Shown here: in pieces, positions 28,626 through 38,220 of the stretch
How the letters are laid out: each line of letters begins with the position of its first letter
Position numbering within the stretch: the stretch's first letter is position 1
From: Candidatus Binatia bacterium
GTDB taxonomy: Bacteria; Desulfobacterota; Binatia; UBA9968; JAJDTQ01
Reading direction: 5' to 3'
Length of the DNA: 64,000 nucleotides
Assembly: GCA_963666515.2 (NCBI GenBank)
Contig: OY762897.2
Coordinates: 512,001-576,000 of the forward strand
Program-made: the position numbers and the translations under genes
Notes under the pieces: model-generated
The model's input: the letters and a program-made list of their open reading frames with translations, nothing else
What the model was told of the DNA's origin: nothing
Database searches by the model: none

Positions 28626-30920
28626 CTAGCCGCCCTTCCGCATCGCCCGCCACATCCGTTCCGGCGTGATCGGCAGGTCGCGTACGCGCACGCCCACGGC
28701 GTCCTCGATGGCGTTGCCGATGGCGGGGGAGACGGGCATGAGGCCGCCTTCGCCGAGGCCCTTGGAGCCGTAGGGGCCGGGGCCGTTGGCGTCTTCCACC
28801 ATGATGGTGTGGAAGGTTTCGGGGATGTCCTTGAAGGAGGGCAGCCGGTAGTCGATGATGTTCGGGTTGAGCAGGTGGCCGTTGTCGTACTGCATCTCCT
28901 CCATCAGCGAGTGGCCGATGGCGAACATGACGCCGCCCTCGTCCTGGCCTTCGCACTGGAGCGGGTGGATGGCCTTGCCCACGTCCGCGGTGGAGATGTA
29001 CTTGAGGAGCTTCACCACGCCGGTGTCCGGGTCCACTTCCACCTCGGCGCCGCCCCAGCTCGTTTCCCAGAAGGTGGTGGGCGAGCCCAGCACGGCCTTC
29101 TTGCTGTGCACGTCCTGGTAGGTCCCCTTGGCCAGCAACTCGCCGCCCTTGGCGCCGAAGGTGCGGTTGAGCACCTCCTCGTAGCTCATGCGCTTGCCCC
29201 TGCCCGCGTGAACGCAGCCGTTCCTGAAGGTGATCTTGTCGGCCTTGCACTTGAACAGTCTGGCCGCGGCCCGGCGCAACTGCCGCTTCAGCTCGGTGGC
29301 GGCGCGCTCCACGCACAGGCCCATGATGACCATGGAGCTGCTGGCGTTGGTGGCGGCGTCGTAGGGGGTCGAGTCGGTGTCGAGCTGGGCCACGGTGACC
29401 GCCTCGTAGGGCAGGGCCAGCTCTTCGGCCACCACCTGCGCCAGGGCGGTACGGCAACCCTGGCCCATCTCCACGGTGCCGGTGAACAGCACGGCGCTGC
29501 CGTCGGAGTTGAGCTTGATGGAAGCCGACGCCACCTTGTAGGTGCCGCCGCCGTCCTTCATGCAGCAGGCCAGGCCCATGCCGCGGTTCGGCTCTTTCCT
29601 GCTTTTGCCCCAGCCCAGGGCCTTGGCGGTGCGCCGCAGGCCCGCCTCCAGGTCGCAGTCCACCGGACTGTCGCCCTTGGTGTAGAGCGCGCCCTTCTTC
29701 ATCAGGTTGCGGACGCGGAACTCCAGGGGGTCGATTTCGAGCCGGCGGGCGATCATGTCCATCTGGGACTCGTACGCCCAGGTGACCTGCAGGGTGCCGA
29801 AGCCCCGGAACGCTCCCGCGGGCACGGCGTTGGTGTACACGGTGTAGGCGTCCACCTTGACGTTGGGGATGCGGTACGGACCCGGCGCCCGGTAGCCGGC
29901 CTTCTGGGACACCCGCGGGCCGTAATCGGCGTAGGCGCCGGTGCCCATGTGCACCTCGCACTCCCGCGCCACGAGCTTGCCGTCGCGGGTGACGCCGGTT
30001 TTGATGCGGAACCGGGCGGGATGCCGGGTGATGGTGCGGAAGGTCTCTTCGGAGGTGTGGGTGATCTTCACCGTCCGGCCGGTCTTCCACGCCAGCGCCG
30101 CCACCAGGGGCTCGTTCTTCACCGACAGCTTGCCGCCGTAGGCGCCGCCGACGTGTGGCACGATGACGCGCACCCGGTTGATGGGGATGGAGAAGAACTC
30201 GGCGATGTGGCGCTGGAGCGTGAACGGGTCCTGGGTAGAGGACCACAGGGTCACGTGACCGTCCTCCATCGAGGCGATGGTGATATGGGGCTCCAGCGGG
30301 TAGTGCTGGACCTGCGGGAAGGTGAAGACGTCCTCGAAGACCTCATCGGCCTCGGCGAAGCCCTTGTCCACGTCGCCGCGGGAATAGTTGTACGCGTAGC
30401 AGACGTTGGTGCCGCGGAACTCCTCCGGCACGCGGTAGGCGTGGCCGTGCAGCTCGTCCGCGTCGGCCACGTGCTCGTGCACCAGCGGCGCGTCCGGGGC
30501 GATGGCGTCGGCGATGTCGGTGACCGCGGGAAGCTCTTCGTACTCCGTCTCGATGAGGGCCAGGGCCTCGTCCGCGGTGGCCTCGTCGTCCGCGGCCACC
30601 GCGGCCACCGGGTCGCCGTCGTAGCGCACCTTGTCCAGGGCGACGATGGTCTGGTCCTTGTAGGCCGAGCCGAAATACGGGTTCATCCCGTCCAGGGTCT
30701 CGCGGGTCAGCACCGTGACCACGCCCGGCAGCGCCGCGGCCTTCGAGGCGTCAATGCGCAGCAGGCGCGCGTGCGGGAAGGGGCTGCGCAGCACCTTGGC
30801 GTGGAGCATGCCCGGCAGCTCCAGGTCCATGGCGTAGACGGCCTTGCCGGTGGCCTTGACCACGCCGTCCACCCGGTGGTGGGACCTGCCGATGACCTGG
30901 TGTTTCGCGGCTTTCGCCAT
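28626..30920 (-). CDS. Xanthine dehydrogenase/CoxL family molybdopterin-binding large subunit
   Basis: KATGKAVY..D, LRSPFPHA, GGAYGGK, AFRGFG, EMGQG, GPYGSKGLGE, LPITPE. Confidence 0.93.
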   Translation of the reverse strand: MAKAAKHQVIGRSHHRVDGVVKATGKAVYAMDLELPGMLHAKVLRSPFPHARLLRIDASKAAALPGVVTVLTRETLDGMNPYFGSAYKDQTIVALDKVRYDGDPVAAVAADDEATADEALALIETEYEELPAVTDIADAIAPDAPLVHEHVADADELHGHAYRVPEEFRGTNVCYAYNYSRGDVDKGFAEADEVFEDVFTFPQVQHYPLEPHITIASMEDGHVTLWSSTQDPFTLQRHIAEFFSIPINRVRVIVPHVGGAYGGKLSVKNEPLVAALAWKTGRTVKITHTSEETFRTITRHPARFRIKTGVTRDGKLVARECEVHMGTGAYADYGPRVSQKAGYRAPGPYRIPNVKVDAYTVYTNAVPAGAFRGFGTLQVTWAYESQMDMIARRLEIDPLEFRVRNLMKKGALYTKGDSPVDCDLEAGLRRTAKALGWGKSRKEPNRGMGLACCMKDGGGTYKVASASIKLNSDGSAVLFTGTVEMGQGCRTALAQVVAEELALPYEAVTVAQLDTDSTPYDAATNASSSMVIMGLCVERAATELKRQLRRAAARLFKCKADKITFRNGCVHAGRGKRMSYEEVLNRTFGAKGGELLAKGTYQDVHSKKAVLGSPTTFWETSWGGAEVEVDPDTGVVKLLKYISTADVGKAIHPLQCEGQDEGGVMFAIGHSLMEEMQYDNGHLLNPNIIDYRLPSFKDIPETFHTIMVEDANGPGPYGSKGLGEGGLMPVSPAIGNAIEDAVGVRVRDLPITPERMWRAMRKGG

Positions 30921-30962
30921 CCGTCGTTACCTCCGTGTGAATCGCTCAGCGGCACTAGCCGG

Positions 30963-31068
30963 CGTCCTTCGACTTCGCTCCGCTGGCGCTTCGCTACGCT
31001 CAGGACGAACGGGTTGGTTTTTTCGAGACCGTTCGTCCTGAGCGTAGCGAAGCGGAGTCGAAGGATGC
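30963..31068. repeat. Intergenic palindromic repeat (REP/RPE-like hairpin)
   Basis: Perfect 26-bp inverted arms cgcttcgctacgctcaggacgaacgg (30987-31012) and its reverse complement (31029-31054), extended by ccttcgact...agtcgaagg. Confidence 0.8.
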
Positions 31069-31127
31069 CAGCTATCCGACAGGTCACCAGGATGCCGAGG
31101 CCGGAAAGGGTGACCGGGGCAGCCGCG

Positions 31128-32438
31128 CTACCCTGGCGGGTAGCGGCGCCGCACCCAATCGACAGCCTCTTCGGGTGTCCTCAACTCTCCTTCGAGTTGG
31201 GCCTCCTCGACGGCCCTGAGCATGGCCGAGAACGCAGGGCCGGGCGCGTACCCGAGCCGGATCAGGTCACGGCCGCGCAGCAGCGGTTCCGGCCTCACTT
31301 CCTCTTCGCCCAGCTCGGCGAGCTTCCGCTGACAGAACTCGTAGTAGCCCAGATCACCGTTGGATGAAAGCGCGTCGATGCGGCACAACTCCAGCAACTC
31401 GTCGATGCCGTCCTCGGCGAGGAAGCGTTTCAAGGTGCTGAGGCGCATCTTCGGCGCCTGGGTGTAGCGGAGGTGGTAGCGCACCAGCCAGGCCACCCCC
31501 TCGGCCACCGCGCGGCTGCGCTTGAGGCGCCGGAGGATCTCCGTGGCCATGTCCGCGCCCATCTCCGTGTGGCCGTAGAAGGTCACGCGCTCACCCGCGG
31601 GCTGCCGGCACGGCGGCTTGGCCACATCGTGCAGCAGGCAGCCGTAGGCCAGGGTTTCGGTGGGGTTGTCCAGGTGCCCGAGCAGGAGCAGCGTGTGCAC
31701 GAACACGTCCCCCTCGGGATGGTAGTCCGGGGTCTGCTCGCACCCCTTCATGGCCGCGACCTCGGGCAGGATCACCTCCAGGAGGCCGGTCTCGTCCAGC
31801 AACTCGAAGCCGCGCCGCGCGCCGCCCTCGGTGAGCGTGCGGGTGATCTCCGCGCCGATGCGTTCCCAAGCCACCTCGGTCACGGCCGTGGCGTGGTCCC
31901 GGATGGCCTGGACCGTCGGCGGGTCGATGGCGAAGCCGAGACCGCAGGCCAGGCGGACGGCCCGGACCATCCGCAGACGGTCCTCGGCGAACCGCTCATG
32001 GGGGTCGCCGATGGCCCGCACCAGCCCGCGTCGCAGGTCTTCCCGGCCGTTCACGAGGTCGATCACCCGGTCGTCAGCCGGGTCGTACATCATCGCGTTG
32101 ATGGTGAAGTCGCGGCGCCGGACGTCCTCCTCCAGGGTGCCGTAGCGGACCTGGACCGGGCGGCGGCCGTCGCCGTAAGGGCCGTCGAAGCGGAAGGTCG
32201 TGACCTCGAACGGATCGCCGTCCACCAGCACCACCACCGAGCCGAACTTCGATCCGACGGGGACCGTGTCGGGAAAGATGCGTTGAGTGTCTCGCGGCGT
32301 GGCGTCGGTGGCGATGTCGTAGTCCTTGGGCGGCCTGCCCAGGAGCCGGTCGCGCACGCAGCCGCCGGCGAGGTAGGCCTCATGCCCGGCCTCGCGGAGA
32401 CGTTTGACGATCTGGATGGCCTTTTCCTGTTGTGACAC
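31128..32438 (-). CDS. CCA tRNA nucleotidyltransferase/poly(A) polymerase family with HD domain
   Basis: GGCVRD.LLG..PKDYDIAT, RRDFTINA, EDRLRM.RA, HPEGDVF.H, LLHDVAKP. Confidence 0.92.
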   Translation of the reverse strand: MSQQEKAIQIVKRLREAGHEAYLAGGCVRDRLLGRPPKDYDIATDATPRDTQRIFPDTVPVGSKFGSVVVLVDGDPFEVTTFRFDGPYGDGRRPVQVRYGTLEEDVRRRDFTINAMMYDPADDRVIDLVNGREDLRRGLVRAIGDPHERFAEDRLRMVRAVRLACGLGFAIDPPTVQAIRDHATAVTEVAWERIGAEITRTLTEGGARRGFELLDETGLLEVILPEVAAMKGCEQTPDYHPEGDVFVHTLLLLGHLDNPTETLAYGCLLHDVAKPPCRQPAGERVTFYGHTEMGADMATEILRRLKRSRAVAEGVAWLVRYHLRYTQAPKMRLSTLKRFLAEDGIDELLELCRIDALSSNGDLGYYEFCQRKLAELGEEEVRPEPLLRGRDLIRLGYAPGPAFSAMLRAVEEAQLEGELRTPEEAVDWVRRRYPPG

Positions 32439-32467
32439 GGCACCGGTCCTGCGAGGCGGGCCAGGGA

Positions 32468-32535
32468 GGGGCGACCGCGGGTCGCCCCTGCACATACCCA
32501 GCGATGAACCCCGTAGGGGCGACCCGCGGTCGCCC
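32468..32535. repeat. Pair of inverted GTAG-family REP elements
   Basis: GTAGGGGCGACCCGCGGTCGCCC at 32513-32535 and a reverse-complement copy GCAGGGGCGACCCGCGGTCGCCC at about 32469-32491. Confidence 0.8.
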
Positions 32536-33854
32536 TAGTTGCCGAGGCGCGCCTTCTCGAGGTCTCCGACCACCACGACGATGAGCTTCTCCGGTTGCAG
32601 GTGGGTTCGGGCGGCCCGGAGAACGTCCTCCGCGGTGACCGCGCGGATCAGGTCGGGGTAACGATCGGCGTAGTCCAGCCCGAGCCCGAGATATTCGACC
32701 TGTCCCAGGAAGTCGGCGACGTCGTCGTTGGTTTCGAGCCCCAGGGGGAAACTCCCGATGAGGTAGCTCTTGGCGTCCCGGAGTTCCTCTTCGGTGACGC
32801 CGTCCCGCCGAATCCGCTCGATCTCGGCCCTGGCCACCGACATGGCCTCGCGGGCGCTCTCGTTGCGGGTCTGCATGGCCATCTGGAACCGTCCGGCGTT
32901 CCGGCCCGCGACGAAGTAGCTGTAGACGGAGTAGGCGAGGCCCCGCTCGTTCCGGATGCTGTCTCCCAGGCGCGATGAGAGACTGCCGCCGCCGAGGATC
33001 TGGTTCATCACCCGGATGGCGTAGTGGTCGGGGTCCGTACGGAGCGGACCCTCATGACCCATGACGATGGTGGACTGGGCGAGGTTGCGGTCCACCTTGA
33101 CGGGCGCGCGCTTCGGGGGCCGCAGCGTCACCGCCGCGTCCGGCTTGCCGCCGGCCGGCTTCCAGGCCGCCAGAGCCTCGGTGAGTTTTTCGCGGATCTC
33201 CTCGTGGGTGATGTCGCCCACCGCCACCAGGATGGTCCGGTCGGGCCGGTAGTGGCGCCGGTGGAAGTCCACGACGCTGCTCCGGTCAAGTCCCTGGACC
33301 GTATCCTCCGACCCGTCCACCGGGCGTCCATAGAAGCTGTCGGGGTAGAGCGCCCCCCTGAACGCCTCCCGGGCCACCGCGTTGGGACGGTCCTGCCTGG
33401 CCCGGATCGAGGCTGCCAGGGACTGCTTCGTGCGGGACACCTCCTTCTCCGGGAACGACGCGGCCGTAAGCACCTCGCCCATGAGGGCCAGGCCGGTGTC
33501 CAGGTCCTTCTTCAGGATGTTCAGGTTCAGCGTGGCCAGCTCCCGGCCGCAGTCGGCCCAGAAGTGGGCGCCTATGCCCTCGACGAGGCCGCTGATGCCC
33601 ATGGCGTCCCGGCCGGGCGTGCCCCGGGTCAGCAGCCGCGAGGTGAGGTTGGCTAGGCCGTGCCGGCTGCCGGGATCGTAGCGGGAGCCGGCGCGGATCA
33701 GCAGCCGCACCGAGACGATGGGGAGCGCGGGCTGCTCCGAGGTCACCAGCACCATCCCGTTGGGCAGCGTCTCTCGTTGGGCGTTCATGGCGGCGGAGGC
33801 GGCGGCGCAGGGCCCCAGGAGCAGGCACAGCAACAGGGGCAGCCAGCGTCTCAT
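32535..33854 (-). CDS. M16 (pitrilysin-like) peptidase, non-catalytic subunit
   Basis: Signal peptide, LPNGM, GLANLT in place of HxxEH, SSRL...IR.ERGLAYS. Confidence 0.88.
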   Translation of the reverse strand: MRRWLPLLLCLLLGPCAAASAAMNAQRETLPNGMVLVTSEQPALPIVSVRLLIRAGSRYDPGSRHGLANLTSRLLTRGTPGRDAMGISGLVEGIGAHFWADCGRELATLNLNILKKDLDTGLALMGEVLTAASFPEKEVSRTKQSLAASIRARQDRPNAVAREAFRGALYPDSFYGRPVDGSEDTVQGLDRSSVVDFHRRHYRPDRTILVAVGDITHEEIREKLTEALAAWKPAGGKPDAAVTLRPPKRAPVKVDRNLAQSTIVMGHEGPLRTDPDHYAIRVMNQILGGGSLSSRLGDSIRNERGLAYSVYSYFVAGRNAGRFQMAMQTRNESAREAMSVARAEIERIRRDGVTEEELRDAKSYLIGSFPLGLETNDDVADFLGQVEYLGLGLDYADRYPDLIRAVTAEDVLRAARTHLQPEKLIVVVVGDLEKARLGN

Positions 33855-35185
33855 GAGCGTTTCCTCGCCTGTGGAACCAGTATTCCCACGGTGCGCCGGT
33901 CGCGGTCGAGGTACTGCCGCGCCACCCGCCGGACATCCTCCGCGGTCACGCCCTGGATACCCTGGAGATACTCGTTCATTCGGCGCCATCCTCCGGTGAT
34001 CTCATAGAACCCGATCCTCATGGCCTGTCCCCGGTTGGATTCCTGGGCGAAGATGAAGGCGGCCGCCACTTGGTTCTTGGCCTTGTCGAGTTCCGCCTGC
34101 GTGACCCCCTTGTCCCGTACCCCGGCGATGACCTCGTCGATGGCGGCCTCCACTTGGGCGATGTCCTTGTCCGGCATGGCCTGGGCGCCGATGCTGAAGG
34201 TGGTGGGATCGACGGAGACCCGGTGGTAGCCGGCCCAGGCCGAGCGGGCGATGCGCCGGTCGTAGACCAGGTCCCGGTAGAGCCGCGAGGTGCGCCCTCT
34301 CGACAGGATCATCTCCAGCACGTCCAGCGCGTAGCTGTCCTCGTGGCCCACGTTGGGCACGTGGTAGTTCATCACCAGCGAGGGGAGCTGGGCCTCCCGC
34401 TTGAGCAGCACCCGCCGCTCACCGCGCTGCGGCGGCTCGGTGAGTCCCACCTCGGGGGGCTCGGCTCCACGGGGGATCGCGCCGAAGGTTTCGCGGATCT
34501 TCTTCAGGATCTCTTCGCTGTCGAAGTCACCGGCCACCACGATGAAGGCGTTGTTGGGCGAGTAGTAGGTCCGGTAGAAAGCCTTCATGTCCTCCAGGGT
34601 CATCCGGCGAATGTCCTCGGGCCAGCCGATGATGGGGCGGCGGTACGGGTGCACGGCGTAGGTCACCGCGTTGGTGATCTCCGCCAGCGCCGCCCTGGGC
34701 CGGTCCACCCGCATGCGCCTTTCTTCCTGCACCACTTTCTTCTCGGGCCGGAAGTGCTTCTCCTCGAAGCGGGTGTTCACCATGCGGTCGGCTTCGAGGC
34801 CGATGGCGATGCCGATGGTCTCCCGGCTCATGGTGGCGTGGTAGACGGTGGCGTCGTGGGAGGTGAACGCGTTGGATCGGCCGCCGTGCTTGCGGATGAT
34901 GCGGGCGTATTCTTCGGGCGCCACCTTGTCGGTGCCCTTGAACAGCATGTGCTCCAGGAAGTGCGCCATGCCGGACTTGCCGTCCACCTCGTTCCGGGAG
35001 CCCACCCGGTACCACACCTGGAACGTGACCGCGGGGCTCCGGTGGGTCTCCAGCAGCAGCACCTTGAGGCCGTTGTCCAGCACCTCCTCCCGGACTTCCA
35101 CCATGCCCTTGGGGGCCGAGGCTCCGGCAACCGCGGGAAGCAGGGTGGCAAGAGCCAGACCGGCGAGTGTGTGTGTCCAGTCCAT
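33851..35185 (-). CDS. M16 (pitrilysin-like) zinc peptidase, catalytic subunit
   Basis: LDNGLKV, AHFLEHMLFKGT, NAFTS.D.T, EKKVVQEE. Confidence 0.92.
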   Translation of the reverse strand: MDWTHTLAGLALATLLPAVAGASAPKGMVEVREEVLDNGLKVLLLETHRSPAVTFQVWYRVGSRNEVDGKSGMAHFLEHMLFKGTDKVAPEEYARIIRKHGGRSNAFTSHDATVYHATMSRETIGIAIGLEADRMVNTRFEEKHFRPEKKVVQEERRMRVDRPRAALAEITNAVTYAVHPYRRPIIGWPEDIRRMTLEDMKAFYRTYYSPNNAFIVVAGDFDSEEILKKIRETFGAIPRGAEPPEVGLTEPPQRGERRVLLKREAQLPSLVMNYHVPNVGHEDSYALDVLEMILSRGRTSRLYRDLVYDRRIARSAWAGYHRVSVDPTTFSIGAQAMPDKDIAQVEAAIDEVIAGVRDKGVTQAELDKAKNQVAAAFIFAQESNRGQAMRIGFYEITGGWRRMNEYLQGIQGVTAEDVRRVARQYLDRDRRTVGILVPQARKRS

Positions 35186-35276
35186 GAGGTTGAAGATATC
35201 GGCCCGGAAGGGCTTGCGCAACAGGGTCCCCGGAAGGATCGTCCGCACCGTCCGCAACCGCTTTCGGCAGCCCAAC

Positions 35277-36317
35277 TCAGGGTTCCCTGGGCGCCGTCCG
35301 CCGGCGCGGTATGAGCGAGCCGAGGTCGTGGCGCCGCATCCTTTCGATGAACGTGGTGCGGTTCAGACCCAGCAGACCGGCGGCCGCGGTCTTGTTCCCG
35401 TGGGTGCGCTTCAGCGCTTGGGTCATCATGCCGCGCTGGAAGCGCTGGATGCACAGGTCGATGTCGATGCCCTCGCTCGGCAGCGTGAACTCGTTCAGCG
35501 GGGTGTCGCGAAGGCATGGCTTCATGGAGCCTGCCAGCTTCGACAGGTCGTCCAGGCAAATCTCGTCGTTATCGGTGAGCGTCACCAGACGCTCGATCAG
35601 GTTCTCCATCTCCCTGACGTTGCCGGGCCAGTCGTAGGTCTGCAGCCTTTCCATGGCCGCATCGTCGATGGTGCGCCGGCGGTCTCCGCTCATGGTTTCC
35701 AGGAAATGCGTGACCAGGGGCGGGATGTCTTCCCGGCGCGCCCTCAGCGGGGGCACTTCCAGGGAAAGGATGGCGAGACGGTAGTAGAGGTCTTCACGGA
35801 ACAGCCCCGCGGGTATCGCCTCGCGCAGGTCCCGGTTGGTGGCCGCAACGAAACGGGCATTGGTGCGCGTGGCGACATCGCTTCCCAACGGATTGAATTC
35901 GCGTTCCTGCAGCACCCGCAGCAGCTTGGCCTGGAGCCTGGGCGTCGTCTCGCCGATTTCATCCAGAAAGATGGTTCCATCCCTGGCGGTCATGAACCGT
36001 CCCTGGCGGGAGTGTTGCGCGCCGGTGAACGCTCCTCTGACGTGCCCGAACAACTCGTTCTCCAGCAGGTCCTCGGGTATCGCTCCACAGTTGACCGCAA
36101 CGAACGGCTGCTCTGCGCGTCTGCTTCGGTCGTGGAGGGTCCGCGCGATGAGTTCCTTGCCTGTGCCGCTCTCGCCGGTTATCAGGACGGTCGAATCGCT
36201 TTCGGCGATCCTGAGGGTGAGCGCGAAGACGTTCCGCATGGCCTTGCTCTTCCCGATCATGGAACCCAACGTTTCGCAACACGGGCCGCCCGGCGGACTA
36301 CTGTTCATATGACCCAT
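35277..36317 (-). CDS. Sigma54-dependent Fis-family activator lacking an N-terminal sensory domain
   Basis: GESGTGKE, ELFGH..GAFTGA, FLDEIG, WPGNVRE, C-terminal Fis HTH; AGGAGG RBS. Confidence 0.9.
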   Translation of the reverse strand: MGHMNSSPPGGPCCETLGSMIGKSKAMRNVFALTLRIAESDSTVLITGESGTGKELIARTLHDRSRRAEQPFVAVNCGAIPEDLLENELFGHVRGAFTGAQHSRQGRFMTARDGTIFLDEIGETTPRLQAKLLRVLQEREFNPLGSDVATRTNARFVAATNRDLREAIPAGLFREDLYYRLAILSLEVPPLRARREDIPPLVTHFLETMSGDRRRTIDDAAMERLQTYDWPGNVREMENLIERLVTLTDNDEICLDDLSKLAGSMKPCLRDTPLNEFTLPSEGIDIDLCIQRFQRGMMTQALKRTHGNKTAAAGLLGLNRTTFIERMRRHDLGSLIPRRRTAPREP

Positions 36318-36665
36318 TCGGTTACCTCCTTCGTCAATTCTTTATCGTTCAGGCTATAATCCTTTTGACGCAAGAGTAGGGCCATCGCCGTCTGGTCATG
36401 AAGTCGCGTGCAATTTTGACGCGGTATATGAATAAATTCCCAAGGGTGACGGACACCCCGCGCGCTGGCCGTCAGGGAAATGACCATCGGAGTTGGAGGA
36501 GCAGGCATCGTCGAGGACCAACGCGCCTTTTTCCGCCATGTTAGGAGCGTCGCTTCCATGACACGTCGTGTCAGCATTCTGGCATGTACGGTTCACGACC
36601 GGGCCGTTGCGGGAACAGCGTCTCAACTTGAAAATGGCCGGCGAAGGAAGTTAACTGAAAAGGTC

Positions 36666-37541
36666 GTGTCAGACGGTGAACCCAGGAACGACGGAGTCTC
36701 TGCCGGCGACGGCCGTTTTCCCCCCGCCCCCTTGACCCTTGAGGGCTGGAACGTCCTGCACCAGATGTTCCGCGTCCGCTGGCCGGAGTGGAACGCGCTG
36801 GGCTCGGGGCCGCGTCAGAGAGCCGTTGGCGAAGCGGTAGAGGCGCTGAAGGCGATGGAGCATACCGCCGGCGGCCGCACCGCCCTCACGTCACTGCTCG
36901 GCCACAAGGGCGACCTGATGCTCATCCATTTCCGCGACTCGTTCGACGCCCTGAACGAGGCCGAGCTGGCGCTGGCCCAGCTCAGGCTGGCGCCCTTCCT
37001 GGAGCAGACCACCTCCTACCTCTCGGTGGTCGAACTGGGGCTCTACAGCGCCTCGGGCCAGCTCTACGGCTCCCTGAACGAGAAGGGTATCGCCCCCGGC
37101 ACGCCCGAGTGGAAGGAGCAGGTGGAGACCTACCTGGCCCAGGCCCGGAAGACCATGGAAAGCCGCCTCAGGCCCGACATCCCCGCTCGACGCTACGTCT
37201 GCTTCTATCCCATGGACAAGAAGCGCGGCGAGGAGAAGAACTGGTACGAAGCGCCCTTCGCCGAGCGCCAGCGCATGATGGCGGACCACGGCTTCATCGG
37301 CCGCGGCTACGCCGGCCAGGTGACCCAGATCATCTCGGGCTCCATCGGCTTCGACGACTGGGAGTGGGGCGTGGACCTCTTCGCCGACGACCCCGTGGTG
37401 TTCAAGAAGCTGGTCTACGAGATGCGCTTCGACGAGGCCAGCGCCCTCTACGGCCTGTTCGGGCCCTTCTACATGGGGTTGCAGTTCCGGGCAGGGGAGT
37501 TGGGGGAGTTGCTGGAGGGGCGGACGCCGGGGTTCGAGTGA
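36666..37541 (+). CDS. chdC: Coproheme decarboxylase (ChdC/HemQ, chlorite dismutase family)
   Basis: PLTLEGW.VLH, GHKGDL, YLSVVEL, FYPMDKKR, M.DHG.IGR.YAG, GFDDWEWGV, YEMRFDE. Confidence 0.85.
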   Translation: MSDGEPRNDGVSAGDGRFPPAPLTLEGWNVLHQMFRVRWPEWNALGSGPRQRAVGEAVEALKAMEHTAGGRTALTSLLGHKGDLMLIHFRDSFDALNEAELALAQLRLAPFLEQTTSYLSVVELGLYSASGQLYGSLNEKGIAPGTPEWKEQVETYLAQARKTMESRLRPDIPARRYVCFYPMDKKRGEEKNWYEAPFAERQRMMADHGFIGRGYAGQVTQIISGSIGFDDWEWGVDLFADDPVVFKKLVYEMRFDEASALYGLFGPFYMGLQFRAGELGELLEGRTPGFE

Positions 37542-37568
37542 GGCGGGCGTTAGTCTCTGGCGGCGTTC

Positions 37569-37598
37569 TTGACAAAATAGACAGAATAGACGATAGAT
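37569..37598 (+). promoter_or_regulatory. -35 box with overlapping ATAGAC direct repeats (candidate TA operator)
   Basis: TTGACA at 37569-37574; ATAGAC at 37577 and 37586, ATAGAT at 37593, just before the ATG at 37606. Confidence 0.45.
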
Positions 37599-37605
37599 GT
37601 AAGCC

Positions 37606-38220
37606 ATGAGGCAAACGAGGGATCAGAATCTCCAGGAATTGGAAGGCGTCCTGCACGCTGCCACCGGCGACCTGAGCGCAGCCCATATTGCGGCGCTGGT
37701 GGAACACCCGGAGGCCGTTCGCTCTGCGTTGGCGGCGGCGGCGGAGGTGCTGTCATCGGAACGCGAGAGCACGCTTTTTCGCGAACAGTCGGATGTCGAA
37801 ACGATCTCCGGCGCAGAGCCAGAGCGGGTAAATGCTCGGGAATCGGACAGGCAGATGTCGAGTCGATCACGACTCGGGGGAACGGAGGAAGTGCTCACTT
37901 CAGACGAGTTGGCGGTACGGGTCGGGCTCAAGACCCGCCAGTCCGTCCACGACTGGCGGAGAAAGGGCAGGATCGTTGGCTGGCAGGGCGTTAAACGGGG
38001 TTACGTCTTCCCGGCGGGTCAGTTCGATCAACGCGGCAGGCCGTTGGATGGACTCGACCGGATCATTCCACATTTCAGCGACGGGTACTCGGCCTGGATC
38101 TGGTTGACCACGCCGCGTCCGTCCCTCAACGGGGCGAAACCGATCGCTCTCCTCGGTCAGGGAGAGCGTGACCGCGTGGCGGCTGCCGCCAAAGGAGATG
38201 CCCAAGGCGACTTTGCGTGA
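37606..38220 (+). CDS. Xre/MbcA/ParS-type antitoxin
   Basis: HTH (LTSDELAVRVGLKTRQSVHDW), YVFPAGQF, WIWLTTP...LNG.KPI.LL; overlaps the RES gene. Confidence 0.8.
   Translation: MRQTRDQNLQELEGVLHAATGDLSAAHIAALVEHPEAVRSALAAAAEVLSSERESTLFREQSDVETISGAEPERVNARESDRQMSSRSRLGGTEEVLTSDELAVRVGLKTRQSVHDWRRKGRIVGWQGVKRGYVFPAGQFDQRGRPLDGLDRIIPHFSDGYSAWIWLTTPRPSLNGAKPIALLGQGERDRVAAAAKGDAQGDFA

Noticed and set aside
27457-30246. 929-aa ORF suggesting a large ATPase fusion
   Set aside because: Only the last 372 aa (from ATG 28575) are ATPase; the rest is an off-frame read through the xdh gene
32535-35185. M16 peptidase pair as RiPP leader protease
   Set aside because: A common housekeeping heterodimer next to cca; the cluster has its own C39 peptidase
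36579-36597. Possible sigma54 promoter (TGGCAT...) upstream of chdC
   Set aside because: No GC at the required -12 position
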